Shown here piece by piece: positions 29,023 through 38,009 of a DNA stretch of 64,000 bases. The notes under the pieces were generated by a model. The model was not told the origin of the DNA and searched no databases. It saw nothing but the letters and a program-made list of their open reading frames with translations. Location of the stretch: positions 21,079 to 85,078 of IMG/VR virus record IMGVR_UViG_3300019703_000001. One strand, 5' to 3'. The position numbers and the translations under genes were made by a program. The DNA comes from a virus. Taxonomy: Duplodnaviria > Caudoviricetes. Numbering within the stretch: position 1 is the first letter of the stretch; every line of letters begins with the position of its first letter.

Positions 29023-29220
29023 ATGCATATGACATCGGAAATACTACAGACAATAGTTGAACATTGGGAAAAAGCCTCAAAAGAAACTTTGATTATTTCA
29101 GTTGTTGCCTATGGAGAATTTTTAAGATTAAAAGGACTCAATGAAGAGTTTGTGGAATTTTTTCGAGGCATAAATGAGGAAGCCAAAACTCTAAAAGCTC
29201 AAGAGACGAAAAAACACTAA
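29023..29220 (+). CDS. Hypothetical protein
   Basis: AAGGAG RBS at the end of cassette repeat copy 2. Confidence 0.7.
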   Translation: MHMTSEILQTIVEHWEKASKETLIISVVAYGEFLRLKGLNEEFVEFFRGINEEAKTLKAQETKKH

Positions 29221-29380
29221 TCCCTTCTAAGTGCCCGGCTAAACCGGGTATTTAAAAGGGATTAACCCTTTATGCCACGGCAGACCTTTGGCTCACGTGG
29301 TAACATCAAACAGATATAGCAGGGCGGTGAACTTCTTTGCTAGTTCTTCGCCGCCCTGCGATTTTTTCAGGAGGTTAATT

Positions 29381-29665
29381 ATGCAAAATGCACATATACA
29401 AAATTTGACCCGTGAAGAAAAGATCGAAAAAGCCGCAAAAAGAGCAAGATTGGTTTTGAACAAACACCATAACGGCAAAATAACAGGCATGGATTGTGTC
29501 ATTGTGGAAACCCGAATAAATGGAAGAAAGCCCTTTTTCCATATGCGCTTTTTTAGGCCAAATAACTACAGACTAAAAATATGGGACAAAAACCTATATG
29601 AATGTGAAAGTCAAAATTTGTTCAGATTAGAAGATTATGAAGAAAAAAATATTGACAAAAGATAA
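29381..29665 (+). CDS. Hypothetical 94-aa protein behind a structured leader
   Basis: AGGAGG RBS and ATG at 29381. The track start (29288) lies within the hairpin-rich leader. Confidence 0.7.
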   Translation: MQNAHIQNLTREEKIEKAAKRARLVLNKHHNGKITGMDCVIVETRINGRKPFFHMRFFRPNNYRLKIWDKNLYECESQNLFRLEDYEEKNIDKR

Positions 29666-29771
29666 GATTGAAACAACTATGTCTTATGTTTTTGCATAAT
29701 TTAACCTCCTTTAAAATTTAAGTTTCATTACAAAAAAGGGAGGCAGGTTATAGGTTCCTGTCTCCCTTTTT
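29652..29771 (+). ncRNA. Candidate antisense sRNA 1 (promoter, anti-RBS seed, terminator)
   Basis: TTGACA-17-AACTAT at 29652-29680; 29690-29710 is complementary to 29369-29388; hairpin terminator at 29733-29771. Confidence 0.55.
29733..29771. terminator. Bidirectional terminator
   Basis: AAAAAGGGAGGCAGG-9-CCTGTCTCCCTTTTT. Confidence 0.85.
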
Positions 29772-29774
29772 GCT

Positions 29775-31766
29775 TTAAAAAGCAATTTGCGTACTGCCTT
29801 CTTTTAACCATTTTCTGAGCTTCTTTGTGTTGGTCTGTTTTATTGCCCCCAAACCTTTCCAACCTTTTTGATAATTTGCCAAATATGCCGCCCTCGCTTC
29901 TTCAATATCTTTAAATCCAAGCATTATTTTATGCTCACCAAATAGTCCCGAAACAGGATTATTCTGATTTACTACAAAGGCAAGACTTCCGTTTGTGTCA
30001 CCTATAAAACAGTCAATAGGATCAAAATCAGCCCCTTCGGTCCCGGTAATATATCCGTAATGATGTTTCATTCTGGTAATCCACTTTTTACCGTTTTCAT
30101 CAAATCCGAACCTTAAAGACCCTTTCGGGTTTTCTATCCTTATATCAAGACCCTTGAAGACAATTTTACCCTTTTTATAATTGCCTGACTCTTTTTGGGC
30201 TTCGGTCGGTTCCGTATTGACTTTTATTTTATCAAGCTGTGTTTTTAAATCTTTTTCAGGATTAAAGGCTTCTTCTATTGTCTTTAATATTTTAGAGTTT
30301 TTGAGGCTTGAATTGATTGCCGTTCCGCCTGCTTCGGCCCAAGGCTTTAAATTGTAGCCCATATCGTCGATTAAAATACTTTTGTCGTCAATAACATGCT
30401 TATATTTGTCATGACAGAATATTACATCATAAACTCCGAAATTGTCAAGAATCCAATTGATTTTATCCCGTCTACATTCGGGGATCTCATCCATAGGACT
30501 GGTTAAAAATACAATATTATAGTCATCCTTTAAAGCTTCGACAAGCTCCGCCCCTTTTTCAAGTACAGGGAGGTTATAAAAGAAATGTGGGACTGTTGAA
30601 ACAAATTGTTTTATAGTAAATGGGTCATCCTTGTCAGCACTTCGATCAAATGCCTGTTTATACCCTGCTCTAAAATCAGCGACAACCCCGTCCATGTCTA
30701 CATATACAATAGGTTTTGACGCAGCTTTCTGCATAGGGGTTTCAAGCATTATTTTATTATTTTTGACCGGGATAATAAAATCTTTGCCGCCTTGTCTATA
30801 TTCGACACCTTTTTCCAATTTAACTATTTTTGCACTATCCGGGACTATTGTATTTTTTACAACCTCTGAGTCTTCTGCGGACCTGACAAACCTACCTGTC
30901 GAAACATCCTGTCGGGGGTGAAAATAATTTTTTATAGCCTTTTGGTTTATTTCCCATGTAGCATTTAAGATCCTGTCTTTTGAAATTCGGTCTAAAATTT
31001 CTTTGAAAAGCGCAAACCCTTTTGGCTCTTCATGCTCTAAAATATTCATAAAGGCATTATTTATAAAAAGGCTTTTCATGTACCATTTGTAGATAGTACA
31101 GAAAAACTCTTCAACGTCTGACCGCTCCCACTCGTATTCATAAATAGCAGACATTTTTAGGTTTTCAAATATACCCTGAAAAGCCTCTTTTTCGTCCGCC
31201 CTGACACAAGTACGCCAAAATAAGTGGCCTATTTCATGGAATACATTGTCAAGGAATCTATCAGGGGAATACATTTCAATGTTAACTCCTGCCAATGCAG
31301 AAACAATTTTTTCTTTTTTCTCCTTTTCGGTTTGCTCCATTAAATTAAGAATTACAGAGTGAGGGGGTAAAAAAGGCTCTCCCACAAAAAGTTTTTGAAG
31401 TATGGGCATTTCAGCAGGGACCGCTTGCCATTTGTCCTGCCCCATTATAATAAATGGATCTCTTTGCTGCTGAACAGGTTCAGGGGATGTTTTGTTTTCT
31501 GATTCAACAATTATTGCATCAGTGGGTCTTTGCAATCTTACCTCATTTCCTTCATCACTTGAAAAAATATCATTTCCTTTATAACCGACGATAAAATGAC
31601 CGGGAATAAAAAAAGGTTTTTTGTCATTTATTAAGGCTTTTTTTAAATCTGAAACTTCATATTTTCCGAAGCTTATTTCAAAATTTTCAAGTTTTCCTTT
31701 GGTCTCTGATAAATTTTTGGAGTGGATTTTCTGGTCAGAAATTTTTTTTATTGTGGTCTTTTCCAT
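29775..31766 (-). CDS. Polyvalent protein: HExxH metallopeptidase-like + NT5C-type HAD nucleotidase + inorganic pyrophosphatase-like domain
   Basis: FHEIGHLFW; VYVDMDGVVADF...FLTSP...ILIDD; IENPKGS.R...HYGYI.GT.GAD.DPIDCF...EHKIMLGF. Confidence 0.82.
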   Translation of the reverse strand: MEKTTIKKISDQKIHSKNLSETKGKLENFEISFGKYEVSDLKKALINDKKPFFIPGHFIVGYKGNDIFSSDEGNEVRLQRPTDAIIVESENKTSPEPVQQQRDPFIIMGQDKWQAVPAEMPILQKLFVGEPFLPPHSVILNLMEQTEKEKKEKIVSALAGVNIEMYSPDRFLDNVFHEIGHLFWRTCVRADEKEAFQGIFENLKMSAIYEYEWERSDVEEFFCTIYKWYMKSLFINNAFMNILEHEEPKGFALFKEILDRISKDRILNATWEINQKAIKNYFHPRQDVSTGRFVRSAEDSEVVKNTIVPDSAKIVKLEKGVEYRQGGKDFIIPVKNNKIMLETPMQKAASKPIVYVDMDGVVADFRAGYKQAFDRSADKDDPFTIKQFVSTVPHFFYNLPVLEKGAELVEALKDDYNIVFLTSPMDEIPECRRDKINWILDNFGVYDVIFCHDKYKHVIDDKSILIDDMGYNLKPWAEAGGTAINSSLKNSKILKTIEEAFNPEKDLKTQLDKIKVNTEPTEAQKESGNYKKGKIVFKGLDIRIENPKGSLRFGFDENGKKWITRMKHHYGYITGTEGADFDPIDCFIGDTNGSLAFVVNQNNPVSGLFGEHKIMLGFKDIEEARAAYLANYQKGWKGLGAIKQTNTKKLRKWLKEGSTQIAF

Positions 31767-31870
31767 TTTTTTTTGCCTTTATAAGGGATATTTTTTTTAT
31801 TTTCGTAAAGATATTTTTTTTGTCAAGGATAAAAAAAATTGATTTTTTTTAAAAAAAAGTGAGAAAAGAC

Positions 31871-31899
31871 TTGACAAAGACAAGATAAGTTTGTATATT
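31871..31899 (+). promoter_or_regulatory. Sigma70-like promoter (cassette D)
   Basis: TTGACA-17-TATATT; spacer contains ACAAGATAAG. Confidence 0.85.
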
Positions 31900-31933
31900 G
31901 TATGTATAACTAAAACAAAACAGGAGACTGATT

Positions 31934-32209
31934 ATGAACGCAACAACAAAAGAAATAAGCTTAGAAGAAATCCAGAAAAGGTATAGTAACTGGGTAACTG
32001 TACAAAGTGCCGAAACAGTTCTTTTTTTAGAAAAGAACTCAACAAGACCCGAACATATGAGGGTTTTAAAGATAGAAATTACTGATGGACATATAACACA
32101 AATTTGGTATTCAGTAGAATCTAAAAGGGATGAAAATCCTCACTGGGTAGCCATGAAAGAATATAAAACAGATAAAGAAGCTGTTTTGGATTGTGTCAAT
32201 TGGTATTAA
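31934..32209 (+). CDS. Hypothetical protein
   Basis: CAGGAG RBS; first gene after the promoter. Confidence 0.75.
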   Translation: MNATTKEISLEEIQKRYSNWVTVQSAETVLFLEKNSTRPEHMRVLKIEITDGHITQIWYSVESKRDENPHWVAMKEYKTDKEAVLDCVNWY

Positions 32210-32288
32210 GATTTTAACCCCTACATTCGGCCCCTCCGGGGGTCTTGTGCAAGCGTTAAAATTAAAATTAAATTTCAGGAGAATCATT

Positions 32289-32435
32289 ATGACACTACAA
32301 CAAAAAGCAAACTTGCGACAACTGGAAATCAGGGAAAATGAAAGGTTACTCAGGGACCTTCCCTATCAAATCAGAATTCGGCCAAAAAGGAAAAAAATAA
32401 ACAGCCTTGAACGTCGAATCATAGCAGCAAAGTAA
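32289..32435 (+). CDS. Small basic hypothetical protein
   Basis: ATG 32289 behind CAGGAGAATCATT of repeat copy 3. Confidence 0.65.
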   Translation: MTLQQKANLRQLEIRENERLLRDLPYQIRIRPKRKKINSLERRIIAAK

Positions 32436-32442
32436 CACAATA

Positions 32443-32471
32443 GGCCCGGACCATAAAAAGTTCGGGCTTTA
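32443..32471. terminator. Bidirectional terminator
   Basis: GCCCGGAC-8-GTTCGGGC between convergent genes. Confidence 0.7.
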
Positions 32472-33248
32472 TTTTTTTGAAAAATCCTTCACAACTTCCT
32501 TTGCAAAATCCCCTATTATCTCACCTATCCGCTTGTTGACATATTTAAGAACCGAAGGGAAAACGGGTTGAGGTGATTTATTCGGATACTCCCACCCTTC
32601 ACTGTTTTCCGTAACAACTCTAAATATACCATACTGAGCTTGAAATTTTTTTGTATTATATTTAGTTAGCCCTGAAACATCCTCTCCGGTTGGCAGTGTT
32701 CCCGCTTTTAATCGGCCCCCTGATTTGACAATTTTATGCATCTCTGTGGTCATTTCTCTTTTACCAAAGTGGCGCGCCATTTTTCCAGAGTCTTCATTTC
32801 GAGGAGTGGCAACAGGGAAAGGAACTATTATATATTTGGTCCCGTCTTTTGAGGTTTTCGCTTTGTCACTTGCTAAAAGAGCGTCCCTGATAGACCATGT
32901 ATCAACACCCTTTTCAACCATCATTGCAAACATTTCAAAAGGCTTTTTACTTCCTTTAGAATCAATTTTAGATTCATCAAGGTAAACCTCCCCCTCAATT
33001 CCTGCATATTCGTAGGCTATAGCCTGAGCGTATTTACGGCCCCATCCCCCGGAGTTATGAGCATCTGTGCGCCATTTGTCAGCAGCTTCACGGGTAATTA
33101 GCCCTACAATGCTAGGCATAGACTTGTCAACCACTTCAACAAGTTCAGCGTAAAGGGCCTCAGAAGCAACCATCCCTGCGGCCTCCAGACCATCAAGAAT
33201 TGACTCTAAAATTGTTTCATCTTCTATATCAAAAATCATAATAATCAT
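32469..33248 (-). CDS. Putative neck/virion morphogenesis protein
   Basis: YIIVPF...FRVVTENS.GW.YP pattern, as in large-myophage neck proteins. Likely start at 33239. Confidence 0.6.
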   Translation of the reverse strand: MIIMIFDIEDETILESILDGLEAAGMVASEALYAELVEVVDKSMPSIVGLITREAADKWRTDAHNSGGWGRKYAQAIAYEYAGIEGEVYLDESKIDSKGSKKPFEMFAMMVEKGVDTWSIRDALLASDKAKTSKDGTKYIIVPFPVATPRNEDSGKMARHFGKREMTTEMHKIVKSGGRLKAGTLPTGEDVSGLTKYNTKKFQAQYGIFRVVTENSEGWEYPNKSPQPVFPSVLKYVNKRIGEIIGDFAKEVVKDFSKK

Positions 33249-33350
33249 ACTTTAAAAAAGTGAAAAAAATTTGTCAAATACAAAAAAAATGCAGAAAAGA
33301 CTTGACAAAGACAAGACAAGTTGTTATATTGTATGTATAACTAAAACAAA
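33248..33350. repeat. ~100 bp divergent-promoter repeat (second copy 36998-37100; related copies at 23190-23285 and 31815-31918)
   Basis: Near-identical copies with about 4 mismatches, all in the promoter spacer. Contains minus-strand TTGACA-17-TAAAGT and plus-strand TTGACA-17-TATATT (33302-33330; 37052-37080). Confidence 0.92.
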
Positions 33351-33362
33351 AGGAGAATGATT

Positions 33363-33614
33363 ATGAGCGCAAATAACACTGTTACTGAAATCAATAAAGC
33401 TCAAAGGGCGGGAGTAAAAGCTTTTAATAATGGCAAGGATCGTGCACCTGCTTTGAATCAAGCTTTTTTAAAAGAGGCTTGTTCTTCTAAAATTAATACA
33501 ATAGCATTATTAGATGCATATCTTCACGGATGGGACATTGCCAACTTGGCTAATGGAGAAACAAATCAAGACTTGCCAAGTGTTATTGAGCTTAAAAGAA
33601 TATTAAGTTTTTAA
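33363..33614 (+). CDS. Hypothetical protein
   Basis: AGGAGAATGATT RBS. Confidence 0.75.
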   Translation: MSANNTVTEINKAQRAGVKAFNNGKDRAPALNQAFLKEACSSKINTIALLDAYLHGWDIANLANGETNQDLPSVIELKRILSF

Positions 33615-33677
33615 CCCCTACACCCGGCCCCTCCGGGGGCCTCTAAATTACAAAAAAACAATTTCAGGAGAAATAAA

Positions 33678-34337
33678 ATGACACAAACAAATCAAGATAA
33701 TACTTACAAAAAATATTGCCCAAACGTCTTTGTTGCACAATGCCCCGAAAAACACGAAAAGGGTGACTTGATTATCCTTAAAACCAAATATGGAAAAGAG
33801 AATGAGTGTGAAGTACATAACTTAGTAGCTGAAAAGAATGGCTTTTATTACTATTCTATCACCCGAACCGATGGTTTTAATAGTCAGGAGAGAGCAAAAA
33901 GAAGGGCTGAACGACTAAACGGTTGGGCTGATTCTGCTGACAAAAGAAGTGCCGAATGGATGGAAAAGAGTCAAGAAGGAAAAGACTTTTTATCCCTTGC
34001 TGAACCTATTAAAGTCGGTCATCATAGCGAAAAAAGACACCGGGCTTTAATTGATCGCAATTGGAACAGGATGGGCAATGCTGTAAAAGAACAGGATAAG
34101 GCGGAAGCCTACAGGGACCGGATGGAATATTGGGAAAGCATGGCAAAAAAGATTGACTTATCAATGCCTGAAAGTCTGGAATTTTTCCAAATTCAGCTTG
34201 AAGAAGCTATCGAATACCACAAGGGATTAAAAGACGGCAGCATTAAACGTGAACACTCTTACTCCCTTACTTATGCAAAAAAAAGAGTAAACGAACTCAA
34301 GAAAAAATGTAAAACAGCTGAGATTCTATGGGCGTAA
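33678..34337 (+). CDS. DUF3560-like protein
   Basis: RAKRRAERL..WA.SA, EPIKVGHHSEKRHR and M..AV...KAE.Y..R motifs. Confidence 0.85.
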   Translation: MTQTNQDNTYKKYCPNVFVAQCPEKHEKGDLIILKTKYGKENECEVHNLVAEKNGFYYYSITRTDGFNSQERAKRRAERLNGWADSADKRSAEWMEKSQEGKDFLSLAEPIKVGHHSEKRHRALIDRNWNRMGNAVKEQDKAEAYRDRMEYWESMAKKIDLSMPESLEFFQIQLEEAIEYHKGLKDGSIKREHSYSLTYAKKRVNELKKKCKTAEILWA

Positions 34338-34343
34338 TCAATT

Positions 34344-34363
34344 AGCCCCTTCGGGGGCTTTTA
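34344..34363 (+). terminator. Intrinsic terminator
   Basis: AGCCCC-TTCG-GGGGCT-TTT. Confidence 0.75.
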
Positions 34364-34389
34364 CTTAAAATAAAATAAAAGGACACAAA

Positions 34390-34644
34390 ATGAACAAAAT
34401 ATCACAAACAACATTAAAAGAAGTCGTAACCGAACTTGAAAAATCTTTTGAGAAATGGCCTTTCAGAGAAAATATTTTCAAACAATTGGCCGTATTGACA
34501 GAAGAAGCCGGAGAATTATCACAAGCCATTTTACAGTATCAGGATGAGGGCCTCGCCCCCGAACACGCAAGATTTGAGGCTATTCAAACAGCTGCAATGG
34601 CTTTAAAAATGATAATGTATATTGATAAAAAAGGACTGGAATAA
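34390..34644 (+). CDS. MazG-like NTP pyrophosphohydrolase domain protein
   Basis: LTEEAGELSQAIL...EAIQTAAMAL. Confidence 0.7.
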   Translation: MNKISQTTLKEVVTELEKSFEKWPFRENIFKQLAVLTEEAGELSQAILQYQDEGLAPEHARFEAIQTAAMALKMIMYIDKKGLE

Positions 34645-34645
34645 A

Positions 34646-34888
34646 ATGGAACCCAATAAAGAAGCAGTAAAACAGATAGTACAACAAAGATTATTGACTG
34701 AAATGAAGTTTAATACACCGTTAGAATTTTTACTAAATGTCCAAACCGCTGTAAGAATTCACGGTGAAATAATATTTCAACAAAATGAACTTCTTTGGTC
34801 TTGTCAGTATTTACAAAGACTGTCAAAAAAGTATCACTATTTAAGTATAAATAAAATACCAAAAACTAATAAAATTCGTTTTTGGTAA
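34646..34888 (+). CDS. Hypothetical protein
   Basis: ATG 34646 behind AAGGA. Confidence 0.6.
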   Translation: MEPNKEAVKQIVQQRLLTEMKFNTPLEFLLNVQTAVRIHGEIIFQQNELLWSCQYLQRLSKKYHYLSINKIPKTNKIRFW

Positions 34889-34909
34889 TAAAATAAAAGG
34901 AGAATAATT

Positions 34910-35314
34910 ATGGTAATACCAAAAGAAGGGACTTATAAGGTTGTACCGGTGTTTTATGCTTTTCAAGACGGTCTTAGAGGTAGGGGGTTAATCGATTCAA
35001 CCATTTTGATCCCATTAAAAGATTTTGAAAGGTATATAAAAGCAGGTGATTTGTGGCTTGTCGTAAAAGATGAACTTGATTTTTTCTTAAATCTGCCTAT
35101 TATGACAAGAAATTACAAAGATTTTGATCTTAAGGATGACATGACCGATATGTTTAAAAAGCTAATTGAAATATCAGGTATTGAGTTTGGAGAAGACGCC
35201 GGGGGATGGGATGAGCTTTTTGAGGCATTGAATGGAAAGATTTTTGAATTGATTGTGACCTATAAAGAGATAGGGACATTTATTGAAGTTGAATATGATA
35301 TTAACAAAATTTAA
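34910..35314 (+). CDS. Hypothetical protein
   Basis: AAGGAGAATAATT-ATG. Confidence 0.75.
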   Translation: MVIPKEGTYKVVPVFYAFQDGLRGRGLIDSTILIPLKDFERYIKAGDLWLVVKDELDFFLNLPIMTRNYKDFDLKDDMTDMFKKLIEISGIEFGEDAGGWDELFEALNGKIFELIVTYKEIGTFIEVEYDINKI

Positions 35315-35331
35315 ACAGAGGGGGTTAGGTT

Positions 35332-35565
35332 ATGGCAACAAAAACAGATGAAAAGGGACACGCCGCTTGCACTTTTTGCAGGGGATTCCTTGAATATTTC
35401 GACCGTATAGAGTCAGGTAAAAAATATTATTATTGTTTTCACAATTGTTCAGGATCAGGATGCGGCGGTTTTTCTTTTTCGATAAAACACGCCGATGAAA
35501 ATGTTCTACACAAACGCATTAAAGTAGATTGGGACAAGATGCATACTGAATACTTAAAATCTTAA
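35332..35565 (+). CDS. Cys-rich (zinc-ribbon/Lar-like) small protein
   Basis: CTFC ... C..C....C. Confidence 0.6.
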   Translation: MATKTDEKGHAACTFCRGFLEYFDRIESGKKYYYCFHNCSGSGCGGFSFSIKHADENVLHKRIKVDWDKMHTEYLKS

Positions 35566-36992
35566 ACCCGCTTAGCATTTCCAAAAATAGCCTTATAATC
35601 AGTGCTGTTTTTGTCAACAGGGATAGGAAGTTGTGGATTGTTTAACCATTCTTCCTTTTTCTGTTTATATTGCTGAGGCTCCACTGCTTCATAAATATTG
35701 TTATTATATCTCACAAGGCCCGACTCCAAATAAACCGGTTTACGGTCCTCGACTTCCTGCGGTGATTTAAAGCTATAATCAACCTGCTGAGGGATGTATT
35801 TTTCTTTTTTCTGCCTTTCTTCAACCCGGTCAGTTTTTGGATTATACACCTGAGTTTCTAAATTTATGGGGGATAGTGTGGCGACATTGTAGGGATGTGC
35901 CGGAGTACACACCCGCCATTCGTGAACATTTTTTGTTTCCTTAAATCCTATATTATTCTTGCCGGGCCATACGGCTATATCGGTGTTGGGATCTTTTATC
36001 CCCATGCTTTTCAGACTGTCCCTTGTTGTGTCCGTAACTATTTCAGCCGGGACTAACCGAACCAAAGATCCCTGATGAGCCAAGCACCATTTACACGAAC
36101 CGCCTGTAAATACAAAATACTGAGCTCTTGAGGGATCTTTCAGGCTTTCCATAGCCTCATCGATATAACCAGATAATAAACCGGCCTCATAAACACTTGC
36201 TGTTTCAGTTGTGGATATTCTATACCAATTTTTCCGTAATGCCTCAGAGGTATATTTATTGACTAAATTTTGATTCTTTTGAACTTCCCAGTATAAATCA
36301 CTCGCTATTTGAACACTTGTTTTGTTGTTATCAATGCCGGTTTGGATCTGCTGCCTTATAGCTTCTTTAATCTCATTATTTGTTTTAGTAACCTCTGTGG
36401 CTATGTTTGAAAATGAAGTATTTAAAGCTCTTTTTTCTGCGGTCTTGAAGTCATACTGTTTATATACCTGACTGAGAGACTCGGGCATTTTGCCGCCGTA
36501 TTGATCGAACTCCACTTGATACAATGATTTGTTCTTGTAGGGCTTCTTTTCCCGTCTGTAATCAGTCGTCTCTTTGCCTAAAAAGAACCCCTTGACCGCC
36601 ATGTCTTCTGTAATTTTTTCAGTGTTTTTCTTCCAATAATCGTCAATTGTTTTATTGAATTTATCCCACTGCTTAGGGGTTAATGGTTCACCTTTATTAT
36701 ATAGTTTCTTTTCAATTCTAAACTTTGGAATTTTATAATTAAATACTTTTTTAAACTTATCAAAGACGCTTGAAAAAAAGTCTGCTTTCTCTAATTTTCC
36801 GGGTTTATTTTTAGCCAGCCGGTAAGCTTCTTTTGAGGTCAGCCCTAAGTTTATACCTATGCCCACATATATCTCGTTAATGAGTGCGAACATGTAGGCG
36901 TCCCAAAACTCGTTTAATTCCCTGATATATTTGACGTCCTGAACTTCGCCTTTTTGGTGTTTTTCTTCAAATTCTTTGTCTATTGTAGCCAT
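35562..36992 (-). CDS. Head morphogenesis protein (Mu gpF / SPP1 gp7-like)
   Basis: RI..TETAS, C..C, and PAHPYN motifs. Confidence 0.75.
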   Translation of the reverse strand: MATIDKEFEEKHQKGEVQDVKYIRELNEFWDAYMFALINEIYVGIGINLGLTSKEAYRLAKNKPGKLEKADFFSSVFDKFKKVFNYKIPKFRIEKKLYNKGEPLTPKQWDKFNKTIDDYWKKNTEKITEDMAVKGFFLGKETTDYRREKKPYKNKSLYQVEFDQYGGKMPESLSQVYKQYDFKTAEKRALNTSFSNIATEVTKTNNEIKEAIRQQIQTGIDNNKTSVQIASDLYWEVQKNQNLVNKYTSEALRKNWYRISTTETASVYEAGLLSGYIDEAMESLKDPSRAQYFVFTGGSCKWCLAHQGSLVRLVPAEIVTDTTRDSLKSMGIKDPNTDIAVWPGKNNIGFKETKNVHEWRVCTPAHPYNVATLSPINLETQVYNPKTDRVEERQKKEKYIPQQVDYSFKSPQEVEDRKPVYLESGLVRYNNNIYEAVEPQQYKQKKEEWLNNPQLPIPVDKNSTDYKAIFGNAKRV

Positions 36993-37116
36993 GAGATTAC
37001 TTTAAAAAAGTGAAAAAAATTTGTCAAATACAAAAAAAATGCAGAAAAGACTTGACAAAGATAAGATAAGTTTGTATATTGTATGTATAACTAAAACAAA
37101 TTAAAGGAGACTTGCT

Positions 37117-37320
37117 ATGGCTTTACTAACAGTAAAATGCGATTCTTGTGAAACAGGAACCATTGTTTTAAGAGCGAAAGATATTTCTTTCAAAGAAGAA
37201 GAACAAACATACATTTCTACCTATGAATGCCTATGTGATACCTGTGGGAAATCAAAAGAGGATTATGTACTAAAACAAAAAATGCAAAAAATACAAGTTA
37301 AAAAGGAGAATAACCCATGA
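37117..37320 (+). CDS. Zinc-ribbon small protein
   Basis: CDSC ... CDTC; AAGGAG RBS. Confidence 0.7.
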   Translation: MALLTVKCDSCETGTIVLRAKDISFKEEEQTYISTYECLCDTCGKSKEDYVLKQKMQKIQVKKENNP

Positions 37321-37589
37321 GCAATAATAATTTAATAATTGAAATTGACGGAAAAGAAAAACGTGTAAACCCTATGTTGCAAAGGGTTATAACAGAACCG
37401 GTCCCACTAAATAGCGGAGACTACAACTCTATCGCTGTTAAATTTGATTATTTTGGCAATCCGGAAATTTTGAACGGCTGCGATATAGATAAAAATATAT
37501 TAAAATTAAGTGAAGAAAATAAACTCAAAGTCGCTGAGTTTATGACCCAAAGATGGTCTGAGTATGCAAATAAATTAAAAGGAGAGTGA
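37317..37589 (+). CDS. Hypothetical protein
   Basis: AAGGAG RBS; coupled to the previous gene. Confidence 0.65.
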   Translation: MSNNNLIIEIDGKEKRVNPMLQRVITEPVPLNSGDYNSIAVKFDYFGNPEILNGCDIDKNILKLSEENKLKVAEFMTQRWSEYANKLKGE

Positions 37590-37593
37590 TATT

Positions 37594-37914
37594 ATGGACA
37601 ATTTCGCAACTGCAACAGTAGAGGGATTTGTGGCCTTCTATGATGAGGAAGTAAGAACCACAAAAACAGATAAGAAGATTTTTAATTTCACCCTGATCGT
37701 AGAACACCGACCGGGTGAAGGAATGCCGCCCCAAACGTCTTACATTGATATTGAGGCATGGGAAAAGCTGGCTGAAATAGCCTATGAGAGGATCAGAGAA
37801 AAAATGCCCCTTATGGTTATAGGCCGATTAACACAGGAAAGGTGGGAGGATAAACATGGCGAACCCTGCCAAAGGATTAAAGTAATTGCCCATGACATAA
37901 GACTCAAAAAATAA
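37594..37914 (+). CDS. ssb: Single-stranded DNA-binding protein (no acidic tail)
   Basis: YIDIEAWEKLAE, V.GRL.QERWEDK.G...RIKVIA. Confidence 0.88.
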   Translation: MDNFATATVEGFVAFYDEEVRTTKTDKKIFNFTLIVEHRPGEGMPPQTSYIDIEAWEKLAEIAYERIREKMPLMVIGRLTQERWEDKHGEPCQRIKVIAHDIRLKK

Positions 37915-37920
37915 TCAAAA

Positions 37921-37950
37921 AAAAGCCCTTCTTAACCGGAGGGCTTTTTA
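37921..37950 (+). terminator. Intrinsic terminator
   Basis: AAAAGCCC...GGGCTTTTT. Confidence 0.75.
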
Positions 37951-38009
37951 AATTGTACTTGAAAAAAATCTCTTGTTAGTGCATATTTACATTAACAGGA
38001 GTAAATAAA

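Noticed and set aside
23198-31826. Minus-strand TTGACA at about 23200 and 31821 as ordinary sigma70 promoters
   Set aside because: No convincing -10 hexamer at 16-18 bp. They may be part of the repeat or need another factor, so they were not called.
23552-33680. Repeats read as a CRISPR array or integron attC sites
   Set aside because: The copies are kilobases apart with whole genes between them. There is no regular spacing, cas gene or integrase, and no GTTRRRY/RYYYAAC ends.
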